64,000 bases of DNA, taken from the NCBI GenBank assembly GCA_963735595.1, contig CAVTLK010000001.1:448001-512000 (forward strand). Direction: 5' to 3'. Below the pieces are notes generated by a model. The model did not search any database. It saw nothing but the letters and a program-made list of their open reading frames with translations, and was not told the origin of the DNA. This DNA comes from an uncultured delta proteobacterium (GTDB taxonomy: Bacteria > Desulfobacterota > Zymogenia > Zymogenales > Zymogenaceae). Shown piece by piece: positions 9,815-20,195 of this stretch (the first letter of the stretch is position 1; each line of letters begins with the position of its first letter). The position numbers and the translations under genes were made by a program.

Positions 9815-10850
9815 TGGTGATATCCAGGGCCATTTTGTCCATCACCACGCCGCTCTTCCCCGATCGGGATTTTAACAGCTTATCCGTTTTATAGAACTCC
9901 CGAAATGCCCCGCGAAACACCTCATGAGGGATGCGGCGCGCCTGCGCCGTGTATTCGGCAAGTCTGAACACGGGAATCTTGAGCTCCCGCGATGCCCTCG
10001 CGTCTTCCACGTGGTGATCCATCAGTATCTTCAGAGACCAGAGACGCATGAAGTGCCACCGAATGGTCGATAGGATCTGCGTGGGTTCCGCTCCCTCACC
10101 GATCACCTCCCTCAGCATCTCCACCGAGCCCGCCGGATCGCCGCGTGACAGCGCGTCCGTCAATTCGAAGACGCTGCGCACCCGGAGGTACGGGAGGATA
10201 TCCTCGACGACCGAAAGCGTTGCCTGTTTTTCATCGCCCAGGAACAGTACGATCTTTTCAACCTCCATTGCAACGGCAGAAAGGTCCTGCCCGATACAAT
10301 CCACGATGGCGTCCAGCGCCTCATGGTCGATTGCTTTACCTTCCTTCTCCATACGCTTTACCACCCACTCCCGGATATCGGTCTCCCTTGCCTTGGCAAA
10401 CACGGTCACGGCGGCGAGTTTAGCCAGCTCCGAGAGCCGGTCCACCGGCGGCGGGGCGACACCCGAGGCCCCCTTCCCCCTTCCGACTCCCCGGGCCGTT
10501 ACTATCATGAGGGTCTTGGACGACGGGTCCTGCGCATAGGCGACAATCGTCTGGATTTCCTTTTCCTTCAATCTCTCCACCCCTCGGATAGTAACGACCT
10601 TTTTCGCCCCCCCCATAGGGATGGTCATGGCGGAGTTCATGATATCGGTTATGGCATCGTCCCCGGCATAGAAAACCTCGCACAACAGGTCACCGAAGAT
10701 TCCGCCCCCCGTAAGCGCAGCCGACACCAGACGATCCTCGTATTCGCGGACAAGAAAGTCGTTTTCTCCGTAAAAAAAATAGACGGGATAAAACTTCCCG
10801 TCTTTAATGTCCCGATCGAGGTCCCTGGGAGAGGCATAATGCCGAGTCAT
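9780..10850 (-). CDS. holA: DNA polymerase III subunit delta
   Basis: PVYFFYGENDFL, EVEKI, SVFELTDAL, DKLLKS; leuS-lptE-holA synteny. Confidence 0.9.
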   Translation of the reverse strand: MTRHYASPRDLDRDIKDGKFYPVYFFYGENDFLVREYEDRLVSAALTGGGIFGDLLCEVFYAGDDAITDIMNSAMTIPMGGAKKVVTIRGVERLKEKEIQTIVAYAQDPSSKTLMIVTARGVGRGKGASGVAPPPVDRLSELAKLAAVTVFAKARETDIREWVVKRMEKEGKAIDHEALDAIVDCIGQDLSAVAMEVEKIVLFLGDEKQATLSVVEDILPYLRVRSVFELTDALSRGDPAGSVEMLREVIGEGAEPTQILSTIRWHFMRLWSLKILMDHHVEDARASRELKIPVFRLAEYTAQARRIPHEVFRGAFREFYKTDKLLKSRSGKSGVVMDKMALDITTMMRTGRYTSG

Positions 10851-10856
10851 TGACGA

Positions 10857-11387
10857 TTAATACCCGAATACGAGCCGGTCATGGATCTCGAGCGCAAGCT
10901 TTTCCGTGACGTCCTGCAGCGCAATCTCCTTGTAGCTGTCAAACACGACGGCGCCGGTTTCGATATTGTAATCCTCGGTATAAGATATGTCCGACACTTC
11001 CCATACAACGGTGTCGTTCTTGACGAGTTTTGCCCCAACCCGCACAGAGACCGTTACGAGGACTGCCCGATCATCCTCGTCATATATGGTGTTATAATAG
11101 TCGACAGATTCGATGGTCCCGACAAGTTCTGCGTCGGCCTTTTCTTCTTTCACGGGCGTCAACGCGCCGGATTTCATGAATTCCCTCGTCAACGCGTTTG
11201 TCATAATCACCCCCAGCCTCGGCTCATCAGTCGGGTTAACGAACGAGGGAATATAGACCGTCTTGATATCCGGGGGCAACTGCTTCTTTACGTTTACGAA
11301 GGTGTAGCCGCACCCGAACAGGGAAACGATACTGACAAGCACAATGCCCATCGCCGATAGTCTCGATAGTCTTTTTATGACGTTCAT
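10857..11387 (-). CDS. lptE: LPS assembly lipoprotein LptE family (start uncertain)
   Basis: Lipobox LFGC followed by GY, IKTVYIPSFVN; position between leuS and holA. Confidence 0.8.
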   Translation of the reverse strand: MNVIKRLSRLSAMGIVLVSIVSLFGCGYTFVNVKKQLPPDIKTVYIPSFVNPTDEPRLGVIMTNALTREFMKSGALTPVKEEKADAELVGTIESVDYYNTIYDEDDRAVLVTVSVRVGAKLVKNDTVVWEVSDISYTEDYNIETGAVVFDSYKEIALQDVTEKLALEIHDRLVFGY

Positions 11388-11505
11388 AACATAACCCCGC
11401 ACCGTCCTAAAACGACGGTTCATCGTGTCGGAACTAAGACCTGCCCACGAAAACCCGGAGAAACGGACGTGCCCGCGTTCCCCTCTCCCGTTAGCCCTTT
11501 ATATA

Positions 11506-14010
11506 TTACTGGATCACAACGATATTGACCAGTTTTCGAGGAACCACCACGACGTTTTTGATATCCTTCCCCTCGATGTAATCCCTGACTTTTTCGTCGT
11601 CAAGGGCCCTCTTCCGTATCTCTTCGTCTGCGGCGTCCGCCCCCACGGTTACCCTCCCCCGTACCTTGCCGTTTACCTGCACAACTATCGTGATCTCGTC
11701 CTCCCGCGCAAGTTCATCGTCCCATACCGGCCAGGACGCGGTAACGACCGAAGGCGGCTGTCCGAGGGCTTCCCACAGCTCTTCGGTAACATGGGGAACG
11801 GCCGGGGAAAGAAGCAGCACAATACTTTTGCCTGCCGCCGTAAAGGCGGCGGCATCCGCCGGTGTTACGTCCTTGCCTTCCCCGATGAAGGCGTACATTT
11901 CATTTACCAGCTCCATCACGGCCGCGATTGCGGTATTGAAATGGAAACGCTCCTCGATATCCTCGGTAACCTTCCTGATGGTCTGGTGGGTCTTCCTCCG
12001 CAGCCTGACGCCCCGCGCCGTCAATCCGGAGTTCCCGCCTCCCGAAAAAACCTTCCCCTTCTCGATAACGTCCGCATTATCGACGATGATCCGCCACAGG
12101 CGGCCGAGGAACCTGAAAGAGCCGTCGATCCCCTGGTCGCTCCATTCCAGTTCTTTCTCGGGAGGAGACGCAAAGAGCATAAAGAGCCGTGTCGTATCGG
12201 CCCCATACTTTTTTATCATATCGTCAGGATCAATGACATTGCCCTTTGATTTGCTCATCTTGGCGCCGTCTTTGATGACCATCCCCTGGGTAAGGAGCCT
12301 GGTGAACGGCTCCCGGTATTTTATCAGCCCGAACCGCTCCATAACACGGCTGTAAAAACGGGAGTAGAGGAGATGCAGGATCGCGTGCTCGATCCCCCCG
12401 ATGTACTGGTCGACGGGCAGCCAATAGTCAACCCGCTTTTTATCCACCATCCCCCCGTCATAGTCGGGGCAGGAATACCGGGCGTAGTACCAGGACGATT
12501 CCACGAAGGTATCCATCGTGTCGGTCTCCCGGCGGGCCTGGCCGTTACACTTCGGGCAGGTTGTCTTCACGAAAGGCTCGTGGGAAACGAGCGGAGAGCC
12601 GCCCTCACCCGTGACCGTTACGTCAAGCGGCAACACGACCGGAAGCCGGTCTTCCGGCACCGGCACCACGCCGCACGTGTCGCAATAGACGATCGGGATT
12701 GGCGCCCCCCAGTAGCGCTGACGGGAGATACCCCAGTCCCTCAACCGGTAGTTGATCGTTCGGGTCCCCCGGTGTTTCTTTTCTAAATCGTCGATGATGG
12801 CGTCCATAGCGGCCCGGTTCCTCATGCCGTTAAAGGTCCCGGAGTTAATCAGGACCCCGTCCTCAACGTAGGCCTCGGTCATCGTGTCCCCCGACAGCGT
12901 ATGTGACTCCGGAGAGATGACGACGATGATGGGGAGGTCGTATTTTTTGGCAAATTCGAAGTCGCGCTGGTCGTGAGCGGGCACCGCCATGACGGCCCCC
13001 GTACCGTATTCCATAAGGGCGAAGTTTGCCGCGAAGACCGGCATCTTCGCGCCGGTAAAGGGGTTCTTGCAATAGGCGCCGACGAAGATGCCCTCCTTCT
13101 CATAGTCCTCCGACGAGCGCTTTATCTTATCGGTCTTAAGCATCCGCCCGACGAAGGCGTCTACTTCTTTCTGCTGGGCGGTTCCCCTGGAGAGTTCTAT
13201 GGTAAGGGGATGCTCGGGGGCAAGCACCATGAAGGTCGCTCCGAAGATCGTGTCCTGCCGTGTCGTGAATACCGGTATCGACCCGTCCCGATCGTTGAGC
13301 GGAAACTCCACCCTAGCGCCGTGGCTTTTGCCGATCCAGTTCTTCTGCATCGTGAGGACGCGCTCCGGCCAGCCCGGGAGCTTTTCGAGGTAGCCCAGGA
13401 GGTCTTCGGCAAACTCCGTGATCTTGAAAAACCAGCCGGTAATCTCGCGCTGGGCTACCTCGCGGTCGCACCTCCAGCAGCGTCCCGCGATCACCTGCTC
13501 GTTGGCCAACACCGTCTGGCAATTGTCACACCAGTTGACGAATGATTTCTTCTGATACGCAAGCCCCGCCTCGTACATCTTGAGGAAGAGCCACTGCTCC
13601 CACCGGTAATAATCGGGATCACAGGTTGCCAGTTCACGATCCCAGTCATAGGAAAAGCCCATCGACTTGAGCTGCGTTTTCATGTATTCGATGTTCTCGT
13701 AAGTGAACGTCGCCGGGTGCACACCCTTCTGTATGGCGGCGTTTTCGGCCGGCATGCCGAACGCGTCCCACCCCATGGGATGAAGGACATTGAATCCCCG
13801 CATCATCTTATATCGGGCGACCAGGTCCGTGATGCTGTAGTTACGCACGTGCCCCATGTGAATCCTGCCGGAAGGATACGGAAACATCTCGAGGACGTAG
13901 TATTTTTCTTTTTTCGGATCTTCAACCGACCTGAAAACCTTATGTTCATTCCAATATTTTTGCCACCGGGATTCAACGGCGGCCGGATCGTACTTGCCTT
14001 TACCAGTCAT
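11506..14010 (-). CDS. leuS: Leucine--tRNA ligase
   Basis: [41 protein letters not shown]. Confidence 0.99.
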   Translation of the reverse strand: MTGKGKYDPAAVESRWQKYWNEHKVFRSVEDPKKEKYYVLEMFPYPSGRIHMGHVRNYSITDLVARYKMMRGFNVLHPMGWDAFGMPAENAAIQKGVHPATFTYENIEYMKTQLKSMGFSYDWDRELATCDPDYYRWEQWLFLKMYEAGLAYQKKSFVNWCDNCQTVLANEQVIAGRCWRCDREVAQREITGWFFKITEFAEDLLGYLEKLPGWPERVLTMQKNWIGKSHGARVEFPLNDRDGSIPVFTTRQDTIFGATFMVLAPEHPLTIELSRGTAQQKEVDAFVGRMLKTDKIKRSSEDYEKEGIFVGAYCKNPFTGAKMPVFAANFALMEYGTGAVMAVPAHDQRDFEFAKKYDLPIIVVISPESHTLSGDTMTEAYVEDGVLINSGTFNGMRNRAAMDAIIDDLEKKHRGTRTINYRLRDWGISRQRYWGAPIPIVYCDTCGVVPVPEDRLPVVLPLDVTVTGEGGSPLVSHEPFVKTTCPKCNGQARRETDTMDTFVESSWYYARYSCPDYDGGMVDKKRVDYWLPVDQYIGGIEHAILHLLYSRFYSRVMERFGLIKYREPFTRLLTQGMVIKDGAKMSKSKGNVIDPDDMIKKYGADTTRLFMLFASPPEKELEWSDQGIDGSFRFLGRLWRIIVDNADVIEKGKVFSGGGNSGLTARGVRLRRKTHQTIRKVTEDIEERFHFNTAIAAVMELVNEMYAFIGEGKDVTPADAAAFTAAGKSIVLLLSPAVPHVTEELWEALGQPPSVVTASWPVWDDELAREDEITIVVQVNGKVRGRVTVGADAADEEIRKRALDDEKVRDYIEGKDIKNVVVVPRKLVNIVVIQ

Positions 14011-14165
14011 TATCGGTCTCTTTCGTTATCGGATCATTCTCTGCCGGTTCGATATCACCATCATGTAGTAACGTAATTACGTATCATATATTTCTGCGAT
14101 TTGCAAGACTAATAGTAATTGGCCCGACCCGGTATTCGGTTTTTCGGAGATTCGGTCCCAGCTCG

Positions 14166-14174
14166 TGGTACAAT
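14166..14174 (+). promoter_or_regulatory. Extended -10 element, probably giving a leaderless mRNA
   Basis: TGGTACAAT (TGnTAnnnT) ends 6 nt before ATG 14181; no strong SD. Confidence 0.5.
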
Positions 14175-14180
14175 GGACCG

Positions 14181-16494
14181 ATGACGAGCGCACAACCGCA
14201 GCGACACGCCTATATATCGGCCGTTACGCTGGGCGGCATATCCATAGCCGGCCAGATTGTGCTCATGCGGGAGATCATGATCCTCTTCTACGGCAATGAG
14301 CTGTCGGCCGGCGTCTGTCTCTTTTCATGGCTCCTCTGGACTTCGGCGGGGGCCTTCATAGGCACCGCTCTCACTAAACGTAACATCACCGGTCCAAGAG
14401 CCCTCCCCGCCCTGCTTGCGGCCGTTGCCGTGCTGCTTCCGGCAACCGTCGTCCTCTGCGCGTGTCGCAAAGACGATCGTCGGAATATCCCAGAGTGAGA
14501 TCATCGGCATCGTCCCGATGGCGGCTATTGCCGCGGTCGTCCTTTTGCCCTTCTGTTTCTTCTCTGGTCTGCTCTTCCCCCTGCTCATACGGACAGCCGT
14601 CCCCGACAGCCGGAACGACCGTGATGCCCCTGCCCGCATATACCTGTTCGAGTCCATCGGCTCATCACTCTTCGGAGTCATTACCGCCCTTGTCCTCATC
14701 CGGCATTTTGACGCCCTGACGGTCGCGTTTTTTGTCGCCGCCATTGCCGGCCTGGCGGCACTGTACATCTCGGTTTCCACCCGCCGCCCCGCGGCGGCCG
14801 TACTATCGGTCCTCGTCGTCTCTCTTTTCGTCCTTCAGCCCCTGTTTTCTATTCCCGACATCGCCGCGATCACCCGGCAGCTCCAGTGGAAGGGCTTCAC
14901 GGTGGTCGAATCGACCGATTCCGTTTACGGAAACCTCACCGTGACGCGGGCCGAAAGCCAGACCACTGTGTATGACAGCGGGGTACTTTCGTTTACCTAC
15001 CCGGACGTCATGAACAGCGAGCTCGGCGTGATCTATCCCCTCCTCCTTCACCCCCGGCCCGTGAGGGTGCTCCTTGTGGGCGGCGGGATATCCTCGACAC
15101 TCTCACAGATACTCAAGCACCCCTCGATTTCGGCAATCGATTACGTGGAGCTTGACCCCGCCCTCATCGACCTCGGTGTAAGAAACCTCCCCTCCGAGGC
15201 GACCCGCCCGCTGTCGGACCGCCGGGTTCGGGTCATCCACGAGGATGGACGTCTCTTCATAAGGGAGGCCCGTGATCGGTACGACGTAATCATCGTCAAC
15301 ATGGCCGACCCCGTCAACGCGCGCATAAACCGCTACTTTACGCGGGAATTCTTCCGCGAGGCGAAACGGATCCTTGCCCCCGGCGGCGTCTTCTCTATCT
15401 CGGTAGGCTCATCGGAGGAGATTATCAGCCCGGTGCTCGCCTCCTTCCTCGGGAGCGTCTCCCGGACGCTGTCGTCGGACTTTTCCCATACGGCGGTCGT
15501 GCCCGGGGGCACCGCGTTCTTCGTGGCGTCCGACCTCCCGTCCCGGGTGGACATCGACCCCGCGGTACTCGCCGCCCGTATGAAGGATCGCGATATCGTA
15601 AACAGCTACGTCACCGAGCAGTATCTCCTTTATCAGCTGAGCGACGAGCGGATTGAGTACGTTCGCCGAAGTATTGAAGGCGCGAAAACGGCGGGGAACA
15701 ACACGGACCTCACTCCCACGGTCTACTACTACAATATGGTGCTCAGGAGCTACTGGCTCTCACCCGGGCTGAAGATCGCCCTTGCCGACTTCGCCGGATC
15801 ACGGCCGGTCCTACCGATCACGGCGATTATCCTGGCGGCGGTCGTCTGCGGCGCTCTTATCAGAATCCGCGCCCGGAAACCGGCCTCGCTACCGGCGGCA
15901 ACCGTCGTTCCCGCGGCGTTGACCTCCGGCTTTTCCGAGATCGCGATTACCGTCGTTATCATCATCGCGTTCCAGACCTTCCGCGGCTACGTCTATTCGG
16001 GCCTCGGCCTGATCATCTCATCGTTCATGATCGGCCTTGCCATAGGAACCGGGGCCGCCCGCTCCCGGATAGGCATATTCGCCCGCCCCTGGCGGCTCCT
16101 TGGTATCGTCCAGTTGCTCTACGGCGCGTTGTGCCTGTCGATTGTCGGCGTCCTCTTCTTCTTTTCGACGTACGGATCGGGGGGATGGCCCTGGGGACCT
16201 GCCGCCGTCTTTTCACTGCTGAACATGCTCTGCGGGATACTCGCCGGTTTTCACTACGTTACCGCGGTGCGATCTCTTGTCGTCTCGGGCCTTACGGCCG
16301 ACGCGGGGGGGTGGGTCTACGGGATGAACCTTGCGGGCGCGGCGGGAGGGGCAATTCTCGCCTCGGTGGTCATGATACCGCTGTGGGGATTGGTCACGAC
16401 CCTGCTGCTGGTGCTGGCGGCAAACCTGTGCGCTGCGGCGGTTGTCGGAATCGGGGCAGGATATATCGGCGAGAATAACACACGGCGCAGATAG
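14181..16494 (+). CDS. Polytopic membrane protein with central spermidine-synthase-like SAM-binding domain (frameshift near 14460)
   Basis: QIVLMRE..FYGNEL, YLFESIGS, SVYGNL, VLLVGGG, YVELDP, HEDGR, YDVIIVN, NRYFTREFF, NTDLTP, FQTFRGYVY; TM blocks on both sides. Confidence 0.82.
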
Positions 16495-16531
16495 AACCAG
16501 CGCCGTCCTCGAAAGAGACGATCATCCATTC

Positions 16532-17757
16532 TCAGACGCCCTTCGGCGCCTCCCATATCCCCGCGATCGGGTATCCGCAAAACGAGCACTTCCCTTTCTT
16601 GATCTTTACCTCTCCCACGAAGTACCCCATACGAAAGATTAGCGTCTTCCCGCACGTGGGGCAGTAGGTGGACTCGTATTTATGGCCCGGGACGTTGCCG
16701 ACGTAGACGTATTCGAGGCCGGCCTTTCGGGCGGCGGTATGCGCGGCTTCAAGCGTCTCTACCGGCGTGCTCGGGAGGTTGGTGAGCCGATACATCGGGG
16801 TGAACCGGGAAAAATGGAGCGGCGTCTCTTTGCCGACCTTATCCCTGATCCACTCGCACATCCTGGTGATCGTCGGGAGGTCGTCGTTCCTGGTGGGAAC
16901 GATCAGCGTCGTGATCTCCACGTGGACGCCCGCCTTCTTGTATCCCGCGATCGAGTCGAGCACCGGTTTAAGCCTGCCATCGGTCATCGATGAGTAATAG
17001 TCCTCGGTAAACCCCTTGAGGTCGATGTTGGCCGCCGTCAGGTATTTGGAAAGCTCGGCCCGCGGCCCGGGGTTGATATACCCGTTTGAATGCATGACGT
17101 TGATCAAGCCCGGCCTTCTTGACGGCCCTGGCGCAGTCCAGCATGTATTCGTAGAAAATCGTCGGCTCCACGTAGGTGTAGGCGACGCTCGCGGATCTCG
17201 ATGATTCGTGCCTCCCGTGCCAGCGCCGCCGGGCTAAGCCGGTAATTATCGGTGTTTTCCGGCCGGGCCTGGGAGATGTCGTAGTTCTGGCAGAATTTGC
17301 AGGTGAGGTTGCAGCCGGCGGTGGCGATGGAATATGACGTCGTTCCGGGAAGGCAGTGAAAGAACGGCTTTTTCTCTATGGGGTCGACGTGGATCGCGCA
17401 GGGGTTGCCCCATACGAGGCTGTAGTATTTCCCCTTCCTGTTCTCCCTGACCTCGCAGTATCCCCGTTTGCCGTCGGCCACCGTGCATCCCCGGGGACAC
17501 AGGAGGCACATTACCGTTCCATCGCCCAGCGGGGTATACAAGGGGGACTCCTTCGGTACCATGTAACCCCGTTCGGGATACCCCATTTCGTCGCTGCCGT
17601 CGGACGTTCCGATCGGCTCGGCACAGGCGGAAAGCGGCAGGCCCGCGGCGCAATACCCCAGGGCGCACGCGGATGCCCCCGTCAGGAATTCCCGCCGGGA
17701 AAGCCCCCCCGCATTTCTACCGACTACTTTTCTCTTACCCTCACCTGCCCCGTCCAC
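16532..17757 (-). CDS. amrS: AmmeMemoRadiSam system radical SAM enzyme with Tat-like leader (frameshifts near 17190 and 17105)
   Basis: CLLCPRGC, DPIEKKPFFH, radical SAM motif CNLTCKFC-QN, EPTIFYEY, NIDLKGF, PLHFSRF, YVYVGNV, CPTCG, CSFCG; N-terminal SRREFL. Confidence 0.92.
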
Positions 17758-17760
17758 AGT

Positions 17761-18307
17761 CTATTCCTCCGAGAAAGCCTCCGTCGTGAAGATATAGAGT
17801 TGGGCGTCCTGCTCTTTCCAGTCGTTCGGAAGGAGACGGGCCTTCACGCAGAGATTTTCGAGGTACTCGTTGAGCGTCCACCCCTGCTGGACTGGAACCT
17901 CCGGAAGGAAGAGGCCCGAGTTGCCTCCCTTTCCGAATTACTACCCCGTGCGTCCCGACGATGATCTCGTCGACGCTCTTTATCGGTTTTAGCTCCGATA
18001 GTACCGAGACTTCGATAGTGATATCTTTGAGCTCCGCTTTCGTCACCGGGTTGTCAGAGAATCGATAGTCGTAGACTGCCCCGAGGGCACCAAGCGATAC
18101 CGTTTCGTACAGGGGATAGACCGGCTCGATATAGCCGACGCAACCTCGCAGCTCTCCATCGTTGGTGAGGGTAACGAAAGCGCCGCCGGGCCTTCGTAAG
18201 GGCGGCCGAATCGCTCTGTGAAATCGGGAACGCACTTTTCCCGACAGCTCGCACTCGATGGTCTTCCTCGCAATCGAGAGGAGTTCCTTCCTGTCGTTCG
18301 TCGTCAA
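17761..18307 (-). CDS. amrA: AmmeMemoRadiSam system protein A (AMMECR1 family); possibly fused to AmrB; frameshift near 17920
   Basis: LLSIARKTIE, GAFVTL, LRGCVG, IEVSVLS, GTHGV; shifted frame gives GLFLPEVP..QGW..YLENLC.KA..FSEE-stop. Confidence 0.88.
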
Positions 18308-19266
18308 TCCCTCCCGGCCTCGTCCCCTTCTCCCGCCGGCGGCCCTCCCCTCCCGTAGACGACCGCCGAGATGTATCCGACGACGGCATCGGTTGTCCCG
18401 GTCTCTGTCCCGCTGTCGTCATACATTGTCACAAGGACCCCCGAGGAGCCGAGAGCACTTGCCGCGAGGAGCGCCGTCACCACCGGCCCCGCCCCGCAGG
18501 CCTCGGTCTTTCGGCCGACGACGGCGTCGTACAGCCCCTCTGCGATCGTTCTTCTCGAGGAATTTCCTGAATACGCCGTCAAGCGAGCGCGCTTCCGTGC
18601 GTGAATGGTAGTGCGACAGGTCCGACGAGGCGACGATCAGGACGCGTTTATCGCCGATCGACGCCGCGATCGCCCGCGCCAGGTCCTCGCACGAGGCGAG
18701 GCTGCAGCTGCCCATGACAATGGGGACAATCTCAAAATCACCGAGAACGACCTGAAGGAACGGGACTTCGACTTCCACCGAATGCTCCGGGAGGTGGGGA
18801 AGCCCGTTTTTAGTGATGCGATCGCCCTTCTTTACGATCGAATCGATCAGGTCGGTATCAGGGCGATACGTCGCCCAGAGGCGTACGGTACGGACCGTCG
18901 GCGTATATGGCCGAGCCGTCAAACGAATAGTGATGGCTTGGACCGATAATGATGACGGTGTCGTAGGAGGTCCCGGCCAGCGCCTTGAAACCGGCGGCTG
19001 CCGTCTGGCCGGAATAGATATACCCTGCGTGGGGAGCAATGACCGCGAGCGGCCGTCCCGGCACCCTGATTGCCGGCGCTTCGGCGAGAAAACCCGTGAT
19101 CATTGCCCGAAGGTCGTTCGGATCGCCGGGATAAAAGGAACCGGCCACCGCGGGGGCCCGGGCCCGACGTCGGACCGGATAGCTCTTCACCCGACAGGCA
19201 CGCGGGGGTAATAAAAATGAGTATCAAGAACAGGGTTAGCCGGATCGCCTTCGAGTTTCGACCCAT
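18304..19266 (-). CDS. amrB: AmmeMemoRadiSam system protein B (MEMO1 family) with hydrophobic N-terminal leader; several frameshifts
   Basis: PAVAGSFYP, PHAGYIYSG, IIGPSHH, TPLG, EHSVEVEVPFLQ, SSDLSHY, EACGAGPV, VVGY over four ORF pieces. Confidence 0.88.
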
Positions 19267-19293
19267 AAGTCGTAATATCCCGATGGCTATCGG

Positions 19294-19512
19294 TCAATGA
19301 CAGCTGCCGCAGTTTTTCGACGTACATCCCCCGCAGCCGTCCCCCGACGACGCGGAGATAAACTTCTCGCCGCTCTTGACCGCACAGACCGACATTTCTT
19401 GTTAACCTGCTGTGGAGGCGCACTTAGGGCAGGAAATCTCGGCACTCCTGGACATTACCAGCTCCTCGAACTCGTTGCCGCATCCCCCGCAGACAAATTC
19501 AAATATCGGCAT
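19294..19512 (-). CDS. FmdB-family zinc ribbon protein (not in ORF track; one frameshift near 19408)
   Basis: Manual translation MPIFEFVCGGCGNEFEELV..CPKC..; C-terminus GCGGCTSKNCGSCH-stop. Confidence 0.85.
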
Positions 19513-20099
19513 ATGCTACCTCATCGACCCAGGAGCCGTCGCCCCGTTGAATCCACCAGCCTGCGCGCGCCTGATTCTGCCAGCTGTCGGCAAAGAGGCG
19601 TTCGATCTGCGGTATGGTATCGCCGCCGAGGCCGTTAGCCGACGCGATCTCCTGATAGAGGCGCCTGCGGTCGGCGTTGTCGGCGTCTACCAGTCCCCGA
19701 AGGCTGCCCGATCGCGCCGATATCCAGCCCCCCCTGGTTCCTGATCTCCAGGTACCCACGGTTGGATATCCCGATATTGCCGCCGTTATAGAAGGGCATG
19801 AGCTGCGGGAACCGTCCCTCCATGGTGGAACGAATCGCCCGTATAGCCGGCGTTGAGATATTGATATCGACCTGCGCCCATGCGCTGTCCACCAGCAGGC
19901 CGGCAAGCCTGAACGGAACGGCCAGGCGCCCCTCGGGCTTCGTGTCCGTGGCCGGCTCCGCTCCCTTCTTGTAGACGTCGTCGACGATCTCATCGGCCGC
20001 CTTCCGCACCGCTTCGGCGGGGAAATATATATTAACCGTGACGCATGCCCCGACGAGCAGCATTATCGTCAAGAGCGCGGGAATTACTTTTCTCATCAT
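19499..20099 (-). CDS. YnbE-like/YdbL (DUF1318) lipoprotein; frameshift near 19710, exact stop uncertain
   Basis: Lipobox VGAC then VTVNIYFPAEAVRKAADEIV; GISNRGYL, LVDADNADRRRLYQEIA, AGWWIQ..GSW. Confidence 0.75.
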
Positions 20100-20195
20100 G
20101 GTCAATTCCTCCTGTGGCTCCTCTGTGGCTTTCCTTGGCTCCAGTTTGTTCCTCATAGGACCCGGATTGGCTCATGGTCGGTTCCTTATTCGGAC

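Noticed and set aside
11425..13545. Long plus-strand ORFs opposite leuS (also 29623-30465, 40079-41275, 48644-49876, 57709-58677, 62953-63927)
   Set aside because: Antisense shadows of well-supported genes in GC-rich DNA; no recognisable motifs
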